A DNA stretch of 64,000 nucleotides from Alphaproteobacteria bacterium (GTDB lineage: Bacteria > Pseudomonadota > Alphaproteobacteria > Bin95): contig CBDBGH010000003.1 in assembly GCA_965205265.1 (NCBI GenBank), positions 1,138,749-1,202,748 of the forward strand. The letters run 5' to 3'. A program made the position numbers and the translations under genes. This document shows, one piece after another, positions 46,641-55,756 of the stretch. The notes beneath the pieces are model-generated. The model was not told where the DNA came from and made no database searches. It saw nothing but the letters and a program-made list of their open reading frames with translations. Numbering within the stretch: the stretch's first letter is position 1; each line of letters begins with the position of its first letter.

Positions 46641-47822
46641 ATGGACCTCAATTTCGCCCCTGAAGACGAAGCCTTTCGCGACGAGTGCCGTTCCTTCCTG
46701 GCGGAGAAGCTGCCGGGCGACGTGGCGCGCAAGGTCGGGCTCGGCATCCAGCCGACGCTCGACGAGGTGATGGCCTGGCACCGGGAGCTCCACGACAAGG
46801 GCTGGATCGCGCCCAACTGGCCGGTCGAATGGGGCGGCCCCGGCTGGACGGTGACGCAGAAATACATCTGGGACGAGGAGCAGGCGCTCGCCAATGCGCC
46901 GCGCCCGATCCCGTTCGGCCTGTCCATGTGCGGGCCGGTGCTGATGGCCTTCGGCACCGAGGCGCAGAAGCGGGACAACCTGCCGCGCATCCTCTCCGGC
47001 GAACGCATCTACTGCCAGGGCTATTCCGAGCCTGGCGCCGGCTCCGACCTCGCCTCGCTCAAGACGCGCTGCGAGGTGCATGACGACCGGTTCGTCATCA
47101 ACGGCCAGAAGATCTGGACGACCGCCGCCCACTGGGCGAACTGGATCTTCTGCCTCGTGCGCACCTCGACGGAAGGCAAGCGGCAGGAGGGCATCTCCTT
47201 CGTCCTGATCGACATGGACACGCCCGGCATCGAGGTGAAACCGCTCATCACCCTCGAGGGCCTGCACGAGGTCAACGAAGTGTTCTTCACCGATGTCGTC
47301 GTGCCGCGCGAGAATCTGGTGGGCGAGGTGAACCAGGGCTGGACGATCGCCAAATACCTGCTGGGCCACGAGCGCATGGGCGGCGGCGCGCTCGGCAGCC
47401 AGAAGAACGGCCTGCGCTCGCTCAAGGAGATCGCGGCGGACCGGGGGCTGGAGGAAGACGCGACCTTCATGCGCAAGGTGGCGGAGGTCGAGATCGAGCT
47501 CCAGACGCTTGAGATGCAGATGCTCCGCATGCTCGCCGCCGTCTCGGCGGACAAGGAGATCGGCGCGGAAGCCTCGATGATCAAGATCCGCCGGACGGAA
47601 ATCCAGCAACGCCTCTCCGAGCTCAGGATGGAAGCGGCGGCCTACGACGCCAATCCCTACCAGATCGAGGCGATGGAGCACGGCTGGAACGAGGAGCCGG
47701 TCGGGCCGGATTACGCCAACGCGCTCGCCGCGAAATATTTCAACGACCGCAAGCACACGATCTTCGCCGGCTCCAACGAGATCCAGCGCAACATCATCGC
47801 GAAGCGGATGCTGGAGCTTTGA
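46641..47822 (+). CDS. acyl-CoA dehydrogenase family protein
   Basis: The 393-aa protein begins MDLNFAPEDEAFRDECRSFL... It contains YSEPGAGSDLASLKT, INGQKIWTT and IFAGSNEIQRNIIAKRML. Confidence 0.9.
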   Translation: MDLNFAPEDEAFRDECRSFLAEKLPGDVARKVGLGIQPTLDEVMAWHRELHDKGWIAPNWPVEWGGPGWTVTQKYIWDEEQALANAPRPIPFGLSMCGPVLMAFGTEAQKRDNLPRILSGERIYCQGYSEPGAGSDLASLKTRCEVHDDRFVINGQKIWTTAAHWANWIFCLVRTSTEGKRQEGISFVLIDMDTPGIEVKPLITLEGLHEVNEVFFTDVVVPRENLVGEVNQGWTIAKYLLGHERMGGGALGSQKNGLRSLKEIAADRGLEEDATFMRKVAEVEIELQTLEMQMLRMLAAVSADKEIGAEASMIKIRRTEIQQRLSELRMEAAAYDANPYQIEAMEHGWNEEPVGPDYANALAAKYFNDRKHTIFAGSNEIQRNIIAKRMLEL

Positions 47823-47841
47823 GCCGGCCCCCGGCCCCTCA

Positions 47842-47929
47842 CGTCATGCCCGGACTTGTTCCGGGCATCCATACGGCCGCCCGGCGGAAGCGGCGGCGGG
47901 AGATACCCGGAACAAGTCCGGGTATGACG
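47842..47929. repeat. nested-palindrome MITE/REP-like element, copy 5
   Basis: CGTCATGCCCGGACTTGTTCCGGGCATCCATACGGCCGCCCGGCGGAAGCGGCGGCGGGAGATACCCGGAACAAGTCCGGGTATGACG. It starts 20 nt after the ACAD stop. Confidence 0.9.
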
Positions 47930-48006
47930 CAGGGGGCATCCGGGTATGACGGGGAGAAGGGCATGACGGAGGTGGCGTTCGGGCATGGCGCCCGAGGCGA
48001 TCGGCC

Positions 48007-49011
48007 ATGAGCGGCTTGCGGCCCAATCTCGACCTTGAGCGGCTTGCGGACCGGCATCGGCGGATGCACCGCATCCGCGCTTTCGAGGAGCAGGCCGTCG
48101 CCGCGCTGGAGGAAGGGCTGGTGCTGGGCGCCATCCACCCCTCCATCGGGCAGGAAGCCTGCGCGGTGGGCGCGGTCGGCAGCCTTGCGCGCGAGGACCT
48201 GCTGCTGTCCACCCATCGCGGCCACGGCCACACGCTGGAAAAGGGCGCCTCGGCCGCCGCCATGATGCGCGAGCTGTTCGGGCGCGAAGGCGGCAATTGC
48301 GGTGGCAAGGGCGGCTCCATGCACATCGCCGACTTCTCTGTCGGCATGCTGGGAGCGAACGGCGTCGTCGGCGCCAACATCAACATCGCCGCCGGTGCGG
48401 CCCATGCGGTGCGGCTCAAGGGCGAACGGCGGATCGTGTGTTGCATTTTCGGCGACGGTGCGGTCAATCGCGGGCCGTTCCTGGAGGGGCTGAACTGGGC
48501 GCGCGTCTTCGACCTACCGGTGCTGTTCGTCTGCGAGGACAACGCCTTCGCCGCCACGACGCGGACCGAGGCGATGACCGGCGGCCCCGGCCCGGCGGCG
48601 CGCGCCGAGGCGCTCGGCATTCCCTCCCACGCCGCGGACGGCAACGATGTGGACCGGATGGCGGAGGTGACGACGGAACTGCGCGAGCGCATCCTCGCGG
48701 GCGGCGGGCCGCAATTCCTGTGGGCGAAGACCTGGCGGCTGACGGGCCACACGGCCGTGGACAAGGCGGCCTACCGCGATGCCGGGGAAGTGGCGGAGCG
48801 CTGGAAGGACGACCCCGTTGCCCGCGCAGCGGAGACCCTGCGCGCGCATGGCGCCCCGGAGGAAACGCTGTCGGGCCATCGTGAAGCGGCGGTTGCTGAA
48901 ATGCGGGCGGCGTATGAGGAGGCGAAGGCCGCGCCCTGGCCGGGGACGGCGTCCCTCTACGCGGACGTGCAGGATGTCGGCGATCCCCGCGAAGCGGCGT
49001 TCCGATGGTGA
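48007..49011 (+). CDS. TPP-dependent 2-oxoacid/acetoin dehydrogenase E1 component, alpha subunit
   Basis: The 334-aa protein contains HPSIGQEA, THRGHGH, GGSMH and FGDGAVNRG. Confidence 0.9.
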   Translation: MSGLRPNLDLERLADRHRRMHRIRAFEEQAVAALEEGLVLGAIHPSIGQEACAVGAVGSLAREDLLLSTHRGHGHTLEKGASAAAMMRELFGREGGNCGGKGGSMHIADFSVGMLGANGVVGANINIAAGAAHAVRLKGERRIVCCIFGDGAVNRGPFLEGLNWARVFDLPVLFVCEDNAFAATTRTEAMTGGPGPAARAEALGIPSHAADGNDVDRMAEVTTELRERILAGGGPQFLWAKTWRLTGHTAVDKAAYRDAGEVAERWKDDPVARAAETLRAHGAPEETLSGHREAAVAEMRAAYEEAKAAPWPGTASLYADVQDVGDPREAAFRW

Positions 49012-49973
49012 CGACCACCTATATGGAGGCCGGACGGCGGGCGCTGGCCGAGGAGATGCGCCGCGACCCGACCGTGTGGGCGCTCGGCGAGGACCTCGGG
49101 CGCGGCGGCGTCTTCGGCCAGTATGCCGGCATGGCGGAGGAGTTCGGGCCGCTCAGGATTTCGGACGCACCGATCTCCGAAGCGGCGATCCTGGGCTCCG
49201 CCGTCGGCGCGGCGCTGGCGGGCACGCGCCCGGTTGTCGAGATGCGCTTCGCCGATTTCGCCCTCTGCGCCGTGGACGAACTGGTGAACCAGGCCGCCAA
49301 GGCGCGCTACATGTTCGGCGGGCAGGGCGGCGTGCCGCTGGTCGTGCGCGAGCCGATGGGCATGTGGCGGTCGTCCGCCGCGCAGCACTCGCAGTCGCTG
49401 GAAGCGTGGTATGTGCATATTCCCGGCCTGACGGTCGTTGCGCCTTCGACGCCCCGGGACAATTTGCGGCTGCTGAAGGCGGCGATCCGCAGCGACGACC
49501 CGGTCGTCTACTTGGAGCACAAGGACCTCTGGGGCCTTGAGGAAGAACTCGGCGAGGACGAACCGCCGGGCAAGCTCGGCAGCGCGCGGGTCGTGCGCGA
49601 GGGCAGCGACGCAACCGTGGTCTCCTGGTCCGCCATGGTCCACAACGTCTGTGAGGCGGCGGGGGTGCTGGCGGAAGAGGGCGTGTCCGTGGAGGCGATC
49701 GACCTGCGCACGCTCTGGCCGTGGGATCGCGAAGCGGTGCTGGCCTCGGTGCGCAAGACCGGGCGGCTGGTCGTGGCGCATGAGGCGGTCTCGGTCGGCG
49801 GCTTCGGGGCCGAGGTTGCGGCGACCGTCTCGGAGGCGCTGTTCGGCAGCCTGAAGGCGCCGGTGAAGCGCCTCGGCGCGCCGCGCGTCCCGATCCCCTA
49901 CGCCAAACCGCTCGAAGACATGCTGCGCGTGGGGCCGGACGCGATTGCGGCGGCGGTCCGCGCGCAGCTGTGA
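49005..49973 (+). CDS. 2-oxoacid/acetoin dehydrogenase E1 component, beta subunit
   Basis: The 322-aa protein contains ...ISDAPISEAAILGSAVGAALAG.RPVVEMRFADF..., HSQSLEAWY and IDLRTLWPWD. It overlaps the alpha-subunit gene by 7 nt. Confidence 0.9.
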   Translation: MVTTTYMEAGRRALAEEMRRDPTVWALGEDLGRGGVFGQYAGMAEEFGPLRISDAPISEAAILGSAVGAALAGTRPVVEMRFADFALCAVDELVNQAAKARYMFGGQGGVPLVVREPMGMWRSSAAQHSQSLEAWYVHIPGLTVVAPSTPRDNLRLLKAAIRSDDPVVYLEHKDLWGLEEELGEDEPPGKLGSARVVREGSDATVVSWSAMVHNVCEAAGVLAEEGVSVEAIDLRTLWPWDREAVLASVRKTGRLVVAHEAVSVGGFGAEVAATVSEALFGSLKAPVKRLGAPRVPIPYAKPLEDMLRVGPDAIAAAVRAQL

Positions 49974-50042
49974 GAGACCGTTTGAAAGTTGGCGTCCGGG
50001 CGTTTCGGGACAGAGCCGAAGGCGTTGCCCAGACCCCCTTCC

Positions 50043-50130
50043 CGTCATGCCCGGACTTGTTCCGGGCATCCATACGGCCGCCTGACGGAAGCCGTGGAGA
50101 GGGATGCCCGGAACAAGTCCGGGCATGACC
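50043..50130. repeat. nested-palindrome MITE/REP-like element, copy 6
   Basis: CGTCATGCCCGGACTTGTTCCGGGCATCCATACGGCCGCCTGACGGAAGCCGTGGAGAGGGATGCCCGGAACAAGTCCGGGCATGACC. Confidence 0.9.
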
Positions 50131-50226
50131 GAGGGGGTATTCGGACTTGACGGAACCGCGCCGAGCCTTGCCCCGATGCTATTGTCGAGCTGTTCCTGAG
50201 CCTTTCTTCCAAGAGGATTTGAAGCG

Positions 50227-50733
50227 ATGACGGATTGGCAGGAGGACCTTTACCGGGTCCTGAAGGAGTTCGAGGTCAGCCAGGTGAGCTATGTGCCGGA
50301 CGCCGGCCACCGGGTGCTGATCGACAGGTCGCTCGCGGACCCGGAGATGCATTCCGTGCCGCTCACCACGGAGGAGGAAGGCATCGCCATGCTTGCCGGT
50401 GCGCATCTCGGCGGCGCGCGCGGCGTCGCGGCCATGCAGTCCTCCGGCATCGGCAATTGCGTCAACATGTTCTCGCTGGTGAAGAACGGCCTCTTCCCGA
50501 TGCTGGTGCTTGTGTCGATGCGCGGCGATTTCGGCGAGGGCAATCCCTGGCAGATGCCGATGGGGCAGGCGGTCGAGCCGGTGATGGAGGCGATGGGCTT
50601 CGTCACCATGCGGATCGACCGGCCCGAGGATGTGGAGGGCGCCATGCGGGCGGCCTGCACCATGGTGTTCAAGTCGGGGCAGGCGGTGGGCGTTTTGCTC
50701 ACGCAGAAATTGATTGGCGCCAAAGCGTTTTAG
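50227..50733 (+). CDS. sulfopyruvate/phosphonopyruvate decarboxylase-like TPP enzyme, alpha (PYR-domain) subunit
   Basis: The 168-aa protein contains VSYVPDAGHRVLI...PLTTEEEGIAMLAGAHLGG.RGVAAMQSSGIGNCVN. This is the ComD-like split TPP enzyme pattern. Confidence 0.7.
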   Translation: MTDWQEDLYRVLKEFEVSQVSYVPDAGHRVLIDRSLADPEMHSVPLTTEEEGIAMLAGAHLGGARGVAAMQSSGIGNCVNMFSLVKNGLFPMLVLVSMRGDFGEGNPWQMPMGQAVEPVMEAMGFVTMRIDRPEDVEGAMRAACTMVFKSGQAVGVLLTQKLIGAKAF

Positions 50734-50749
50734 GTGGGGAGCGGAAGCG

Positions 50750-51376
50750 ATGAATGAAGCATTCCGGGCCGGGACCGCGGCCGATATGAGCCCCGTCGGC
50801 ACGCTCGACAGGCGCGAGGCCGTGCCGGCGCTGGTGGGCAATCCGCAGGACTGGCTGATCGTCGCCGGCCTCGCCGGCACGGCGAAGGACACCGCCGCCA
50901 TGTGCGAGCCGGAGGCCAACTATTTCGCCTGCGCCGGCGTCATGGGCGGCGCCGTCGCCATGGGCCTCGGGCTCGCGCTCGCAAGGCCGGACCGCCGCGT
51001 TCTGGTGCTGACGGGCGATGGCGAGCTGCTGATGAATGTGGGCTCGCTCGCCACCGTCGCGATCCTGAACCCGCCCAACCTCTCCATCGTCTGCGTCGAT
51101 AACGGCCATTACGGCGAGACCGGCTACCAGAAAAGCCACACCTCGCTCGGCGTGGACCTTGCCGCCATGGCTTCCGGGGCGGGCATCCCGGCGGTCCGCT
51201 CGGTATCCGAAGCAGGCGAGATCGAAGAGGCGGGCCGGCTGCTCCGCGAAGCCAACGGCGCCTCGTTCGTGCTGCTCAGGATTACCCCGGATGCGCCGCC
51301 GCCGGTCATCAGGCGCTCGCTGGACGCGGCGCTTGCGAAGGACCGTTTCCGCGCGGCGACTCTCCCGGCGGGATGA
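50750..51376 (+). CDS. sulfopyruvate/phosphonopyruvate decarboxylase-like TPP enzyme, beta (PP-domain) subunit
   Basis: ORF 50714..51376 trimmed to ATG 50750. LVLTGDGELLMNVGSLATV...VCVDNGHYGETG is the TPP GDG...N motif. Confidence 0.7.
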   Translation: MNEAFRAGTAADMSPVGTLDRREAVPALVGNPQDWLIVAGLAGTAKDTAAMCEPEANYFACAGVMGGAVAMGLGLALARPDRRVLVLTGDGELLMNVGSLATVAILNPPNLSIVCVDNGHYGETGYQKSHTSLGVDLAAMASGAGIPAVRSVSEAGEIEEAGRLLREANGASFVLLRITPDAPPPVIRRSLDAALAKDRFRAATLPAG

Positions 51377-52320
51377 ACATACTTGTCGTCGGAGGATCGG
51401 GGTTCGTCGGCCATGCTATCGTGCGGGCGCTGCTTGCCGAAGGGCGCAGTCTGTCCCTGCTGAACCGCGGCTCGCGTCCGATCGCGGGCACGGTCCAGCT
51501 GACGGCCGACCGGAATGACCCGTCGGCATTGGCGTCCGCCCTCGGGGATCGGCGCTTCGACGCGGTCGTGGACACGAATTGCTACACCCCGCAGCAGGCC
51601 GGGATGCTGGTGGAGGCGCTGGGCGGTCGCGTGGCGACCGCAGCGGTGATATCGAGCGTTGCGGTCTATGCCGACAATGTCCGTCAGCCCCCGACCGAAA
51701 CCGAACCCACCGGCGGCGCGGCTGCATGGGCGGGTTACGGGCGCGACAAGACCGAGGTCGAGCATGTCTATGCCGCTGCCGGCTTTGCGGCCGCCACGGC
51801 GTTGCGTCCGCCCTATATCTGCGGACCGAACAACAATCTCGACCGGGAAACGTGGTTCTTCCGCCGGATACTCGCCGGCCGGCCCGTGCTCGTGCCGGGA
51901 TCCGGGAGCGCCTGGTGCCAGTTCGTGCATGAGGACGACCTAGGCGCGGCCGTATGCGCATGGCTGCGTCGCGCCGCCGAAGGCTTTCGCGCCTTCAATG
52001 TCGCCGACCCCGAGATGATCGCCTCGGCGGAGCTGGTGCGCAGGCTCGCCAGGGCAGCGGGCCGCGAGGCCGATGTCCGATGCGTCGGGACCGCCAGCGG
52101 CGGTGCGCAGGCGAGGGACTGGTTCCCGTTCCATAATGTGCATTGCACGGGCGACCCGACCGCATTTTCCGAAGCGTTCTCATGGGCGCCGGCGGCCGAC
52201 CTCGACACGAGGTTTGCCGAGATTTTCAGGCAGTTGTCGGAGACGGGCCGGATACCCGCCGACGACTGGACGCCGCTTGAAGAGCGCATTCTGGCCGGTC
52301 TGGACGAGAATGCGGGATAG
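51373..52320 (+). CDS. NAD-dependent epimerase/dehydratase family protein
   Basis: MNILVVGGSGFVGHAIVRAL is the Rossmann GxxGxxG motif. There is an ATGA overlap with the upstream gene. Confidence 0.8.
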   Translation: MNILVVGGSGFVGHAIVRALLAEGRSLSLLNRGSRPIAGTVQLTADRNDPSALASALGDRRFDAVVDTNCYTPQQAGMLVEALGGRVATAAVISSVAVYADNVRQPPTETEPTGGAAAWAGYGRDKTEVEHVYAAAGFAAATALRPPYICGPNNNLDRETWFFRRILAGRPVLVPGSGSAWCQFVHEDDLGAAVCAWLRRAAEGFRAFNVADPEMIASAELVRRLARAAGREADVRCVGTASGGAQARDWFPFHNVHCTGDPTAFSEAFSWAPAADLDTRFAEIFRQLSETGRIPADDWTPLEERILAGLDENAG

Positions 52321-52364
52321 CGGCATGGTGCCGCGCAGACCGTGAATTGTGCCGGGAATCCGGG

Positions 52365-54452
52365 TCAGGGGTCGTTGGACAGATCAGGCGGCGCTGCGCG
52401 CGGCGGTGCGGGTACGGAAACGCGCCCGGTGACTTTCGGGCGAAAGGCGGGAGAGGTCCTGCCGGAGGAGAAGCCGGGGATGGGCCGCACGGGCGCGCCT
52501 TCATGCGCCGCCGCCATGAAATCGCGCCAGATGCGCGCCGGCAGGCCGCCGCCGGTCACCTCGTCCATCGGCGCGCCGTCGTCATTGCCGACCCACACGC
52601 CGGCGACCAGGTTGCCGGTGAAGCCGATGAAGAAGGCGTCGCGGAAGGACTGGCTGGTGCCCGTCTTGCCGGCGGCCGGCCGGCCGGCGAGCCGGGCGGC
52701 CCTGCCGGTGCCCTCGTTCACCGCGGCGGACAGCAGGTCGTTCATGGACGCCACCACGCCGGGCGCCACGGCCTCGCCCGCGCCGGTGCCGGCCCGCTCG
52801 AACACGCCCTCGATCTCCCGAACGCCGTAGGGGATCACGCCTGCGCCGCCATTGGCGAAGGTGGCGTAGGCGCCGGTCAGCTCGATCAGCCGCACCGCGC
52901 TCGAGCCGAGCGCAATGGTGAGATCGGGCGCGAGGTCCGATGTAATGCCGAGGCGTCGCGCCGCTTCGGCGACGCGGGCGCGTCCGGCGCGGTCCGCGAG
53001 GCGGACGGCGGCGGCATTCAGCGATTGCGCGAAGGCCTCCCGCATGGCGATCGAGCCCCGGAACCGCCCGTCGAAGTTCCGGGGGGCCCATCCACCCACA
53101 TTCACGCGGGCGTCGGTCACGGTGCTGTCCGGACTCAGGCCCCGCTCCAGCGCCGCCATATAGACGAACAGCTTGAAAGCCGAGCCCGGCTGGCGGAGCG
53201 CCTGCGTCGCGCGGTTGAACTGGCTGGCGCCGTAGTCCCTGCCGCCGACCATGGCCCGCACCGCGCCATCCGGCGACATGGCGACAAGGGCGGCCTGGGA
53301 CGGGTTCGTCCTGCCCGCCAGCGCTGCGGCGACCGTTTCCGCCGCGAGGCGTTGCAGGCCGGGATCGAAGGTCGTGGCGATACGGAGGTCCCGGTCCACC
53401 AGCCCCAGGCGCCGGTTCACCTGCGCCAGCACCCAGTCGGCGAAATAGCCCCGCCCGTCCGGTTCCGTTGCGGTCCGCAATGTCGAGGCGGCCGTCCGCG
53501 CGGCTTGCTCGGGCGAAATGAAGCCGACGCTTGCCATCGCCTTCAGCACAAGGCGCCCCCGCTCCGCCGCGCCGCCCGGATTGGCGGCAGGCGACAAGCG
53601 GCTCGGCGCTTTCAGCAGGCCGGCAAGCACGGCGGCCTCCCAGAGATCGACTTCGGCCGCCGGCTTGGAGAAGAAGCGCCGTGCGGCGGCGTCGATGCCG
53701 TAGGCTCCGGAACCGAAATACACCCGGTTCAGATACAGCGAGATTATGTGGTCCTTGTCGTAGCGCCACTCCAGCCAGAAGGCGAGCAGGGCCTCGCGGA
53801 TTTTCCGCTCGATAGACCGCTCGGGCGTCAGGAAGATGTTTTTGGCAAGCTGCTGAGTGATCGTGCTGCCGCCCTGGCGCACTCTTCCCTCGACGATGTT
53901 GACCCAGAGAGCCCGGACAAGGCCGATCAGATCGATACCGCTATGGTCGTAAAAGCGCCGGTCCTCGATTGCGATAACCGCGCGCGGCACGTAGTCGGGC
54001 AGTTCGGCCGCATTTACCGGGTCGCCGTAAAGATCGCCCTTGGCGAGGAGGGGATTACCGGCCGCATCGTTGAGAAAAATACCGGGGCGCCGACCGCTTT
54101 CCGCGGCCTGTTCGACATCGGGCAGGGTGTAGGAAAAGTAGGCGAGCGCCGCGATCAGCGCGACCAGGCCCCAGACAAAGGCGACCGCCGTCCCGGAGAC
54201 GAGGCGCCGCAGAAGGGACCGGCGCGCGCCGCCCGTCTTTCTTGTCCGGCGTCCGGTCCGGCTCGACGATTTCCGTTTGGGCGCCACATTCCCGGGCCGT
54301 TTGTTCCCGAGCGTTCTAGCCGGCGAATGTGGCGATTCCGGGGCCGGCCCGGATTTGCCGCCCGACCCTTTGCGCAGGCTCGGACCGCCCCGGCGCCGCT
54401 GCCCCGTTCCTTTCCTGCCCGTCCTGTCGCCCTGGCGCGCCATGGGCGTCAT
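52365..54452 (-). CDS. bifunctional class A penicillin-binding protein (PBP1A family transglycosylase/transpeptidase)
   Basis: The 695-aa protein carries glycosyltransferase motifs EDRRFYDHSGID and GGSTITQQL, and transpeptidase motifs SAFK, SLN and KTGT. It has a long Arg/Lys/Gly-rich N-terminal tail before the TM segment. Confidence 0.93.
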   Translation of the reverse strand: MTPMARQGDRTGRKGTGQRRRGGPSLRKGSGGKSGPAPESPHSPARTLGNKRPGNVAPKRKSSSRTGRRTRKTGGARRSLLRRLVSGTAVAFVWGLVALIAALAYFSYTLPDVEQAAESGRRPGIFLNDAAGNPLLAKGDLYGDPVNAAELPDYVPRAVIAIEDRRFYDHSGIDLIGLVRALWVNIVEGRVRQGGSTITQQLAKNIFLTPERSIERKIREALLAFWLEWRYDKDHIISLYLNRVYFGSGAYGIDAAARRFFSKPAAEVDLWEAAVLAGLLKAPSRLSPAANPGGAAERGRLVLKAMASVGFISPEQAARTAASTLRTATEPDGRGYFADWVLAQVNRRLGLVDRDLRIATTFDPGLQRLAAETVAAALAGRTNPSQAALVAMSPDGAVRAMVGGRDYGASQFNRATQALRQPGSAFKLFVYMAALERGLSPDSTVTDARVNVGGWAPRNFDGRFRGSIAMREAFAQSLNAAAVRLADRAGRARVAEAARRLGITSDLAPDLTIALGSSAVRLIELTGAYATFANGGAGVIPYGVREIEGVFERAGTGAGEAVAPGVVASMNDLLSAAVNEGTGRAARLAGRPAAGKTGTSQSFRDAFFIGFTGNLVAGVWVGNDDGAPMDEVTGGGLPARIWRDFMAAAHEGAPVRPIPGFSSGRTSPAFRPKVTGRVSVPAPPRAAPPDLSNDP

Positions 54453-54476
54453 ATAGGCCCAAGGTCCGGGCTATTT

Positions 54477-55727
54477 CTAGGCCACGGCGCGGTGGGCCTG
54501 GCTTCGCGGCAGGATGAGCAGGCTGCCGAGAAGCTGCATGCCCTTGTCGTCGTCTCCGGCCGCCCGCTCGCGCAGCGCGAGCAGCGCCCTGCCGCCGGCC
54601 GTCTCGCCCCAGAACCAGTCCGAGAGGTCCCGCGAGGCTGCCGCTCCGGGCTGCGCCGTGGCCGCCTCGGTGTAGAAGGCCATCAGGTCGTCGCAGGCGA
54701 GCTTCAGCGCGCGGGAGAGCTTGCGTTCCGGTCCCGGATCGTCCGGCTCCCCGCCATCGGCGTACCGGCAGATCATCCGGACCGCTTCCTCGATTTCGTA
54801 GCCGCTGGCGCCGACCGTGGTCCGCCCGCGCCGTTCCTTCGCAAGATCCCACCACGGCCGAAGGCGGGCTATTTCATCCGCGACGAGCCGCTCGCGGTTG
54901 CCGTCCGGGGCGGTCTCGGGCCGGGGAAGGGACACGGGACAGGCCCAGCCCTCGTAATCCGCAGGCTCCGGCGCGGAATCGGGAAATTCCTCCAGCACCG
55001 GGCCGGCGGGCCGGTCCAGCAGCGCAAGGGCGGCGCGCAGCACCCGGAGCTGGAAATCCGGGTTGTCCGGCGCGCCCAGCGGCCGGCCGAGCTCGAAGGG
55101 CACGGACAGCGTGCGGGGATTGGCGATGGCCTCGGCATGTTCGTGAACCAGGGCGATGGCCACCGTGGCGATACCCTCGCGCTCAAGATAGTGGGCGAGC
55201 GCGCACACGGCGCGCGTGCAGTTCGGTCAGACGGGCACCAGCAGCGCCGTATCCACGCCTTCGGCCCGCATGGCGGCCGCGACATCCTCCGCGAAGGGCT
55301 GCATCGGCGCGGGGTCGCTCGCGCCCATGAAGGAATAGTGGTGGTCCGCGACGCCGCCGATTTCGCCCGCGGCCGCCATCTCCTTGAGGCGGTCGAGCGG
55401 GTAAACGATGTTGAGGTCCTGCTGGAAGCCGGTGCGGTCGTAGTTGACCGAGATATGGCTCATCACGATGTCGCCCGCGCCCGCATCGGCCGGCAGCACC
55501 CGGTAATCGACGGCCCCGGGGCCGAACGGGCGGTCTCCGCGCCTGCCGAGGCCGGCGGAGGAAACCACGGCGATCCGGCGTTCGGAAAGGGGGGGCCCGG
55601 AGACGAAGGAGCCGCCCTCCATTTCGGGCAGCGGCAGGCGGGCGAGATGCCGGGCAACGCCCTCCGGCATGTCGGCGTAGCGGGTCATGGATGCTCCTTG
55701 CGGAATCGGCGACGATGCGCGAAACAA
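54477..55727 (-). CDS. glycine/sarcosine/betaine/D-proline reductase selenoprotein B (GrdB/PrdB) family protein with an in-frame TGA (probable Sec) at 55227-55229
   Basis: Track ORFs 55227..55727 and 54477..55208 are in the same frame. They are separated only by a TGA plus six sense codons. The joined protein reads ...AEGVDTALLVPV-U-PNCTRAVCALAHYLEREGIATVAIAL...LGRPLGAPDNPD. A U-x-x-C context is the hallmark of GrdB-type selenoproteins. Confidence 0.7.
55199..55215 (-). promoter_or_regulatory. candidate bacterial SECIS hairpin
   Basis: The mRNA reads GCGCGC-CGUGU-GCGCGC: a 6-bp stem and a 5-nt loop containing GU, 17 nt in total. It begins exactly 11 nt 3' of the in-frame UGA. Confidence 0.55.
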
Positions 55728-55756
55728 CGGGACGACGCTACATAGAGTGAGGCAAG

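Noticed and set aside
47819-48010. Short ORFs encoding MPGLVPGIH... / ...PGTSPGMT... peptides (also 19879..20439, 20098..20400, 29026..29583, 31564..31773 and the N-terminus of 48957..50126)
   Set aside because: The recurring peptides are just translations of the 88-bp palindromic repeat read in both directions. They have no RBS and no conservation outside the repeat, and the frames differ between copies.
54477-55727. Treating the GrdB-like locus as a nonsense-mutated pseudogene or as two separate genes
   Set aside because: I considered this but did not favour it, for four reasons:
- The stop is specifically TGA.
- It falls exactly at the Sec position of the family motif (U-x-x-C).
- Both halves keep an intact frame and good coding character.
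- A GC hairpin sits at SECIS spacing.

The question remains open until the sel genes are checked.
52347-55745. 1132-aa ORF on the plus strand
   Set aside because: It is antisense to the PBP1A and GrdB-like genes. The composition is Arg/Gly/Ala-rich with no domain signatures, so it is a high-G+C shadow ORF.
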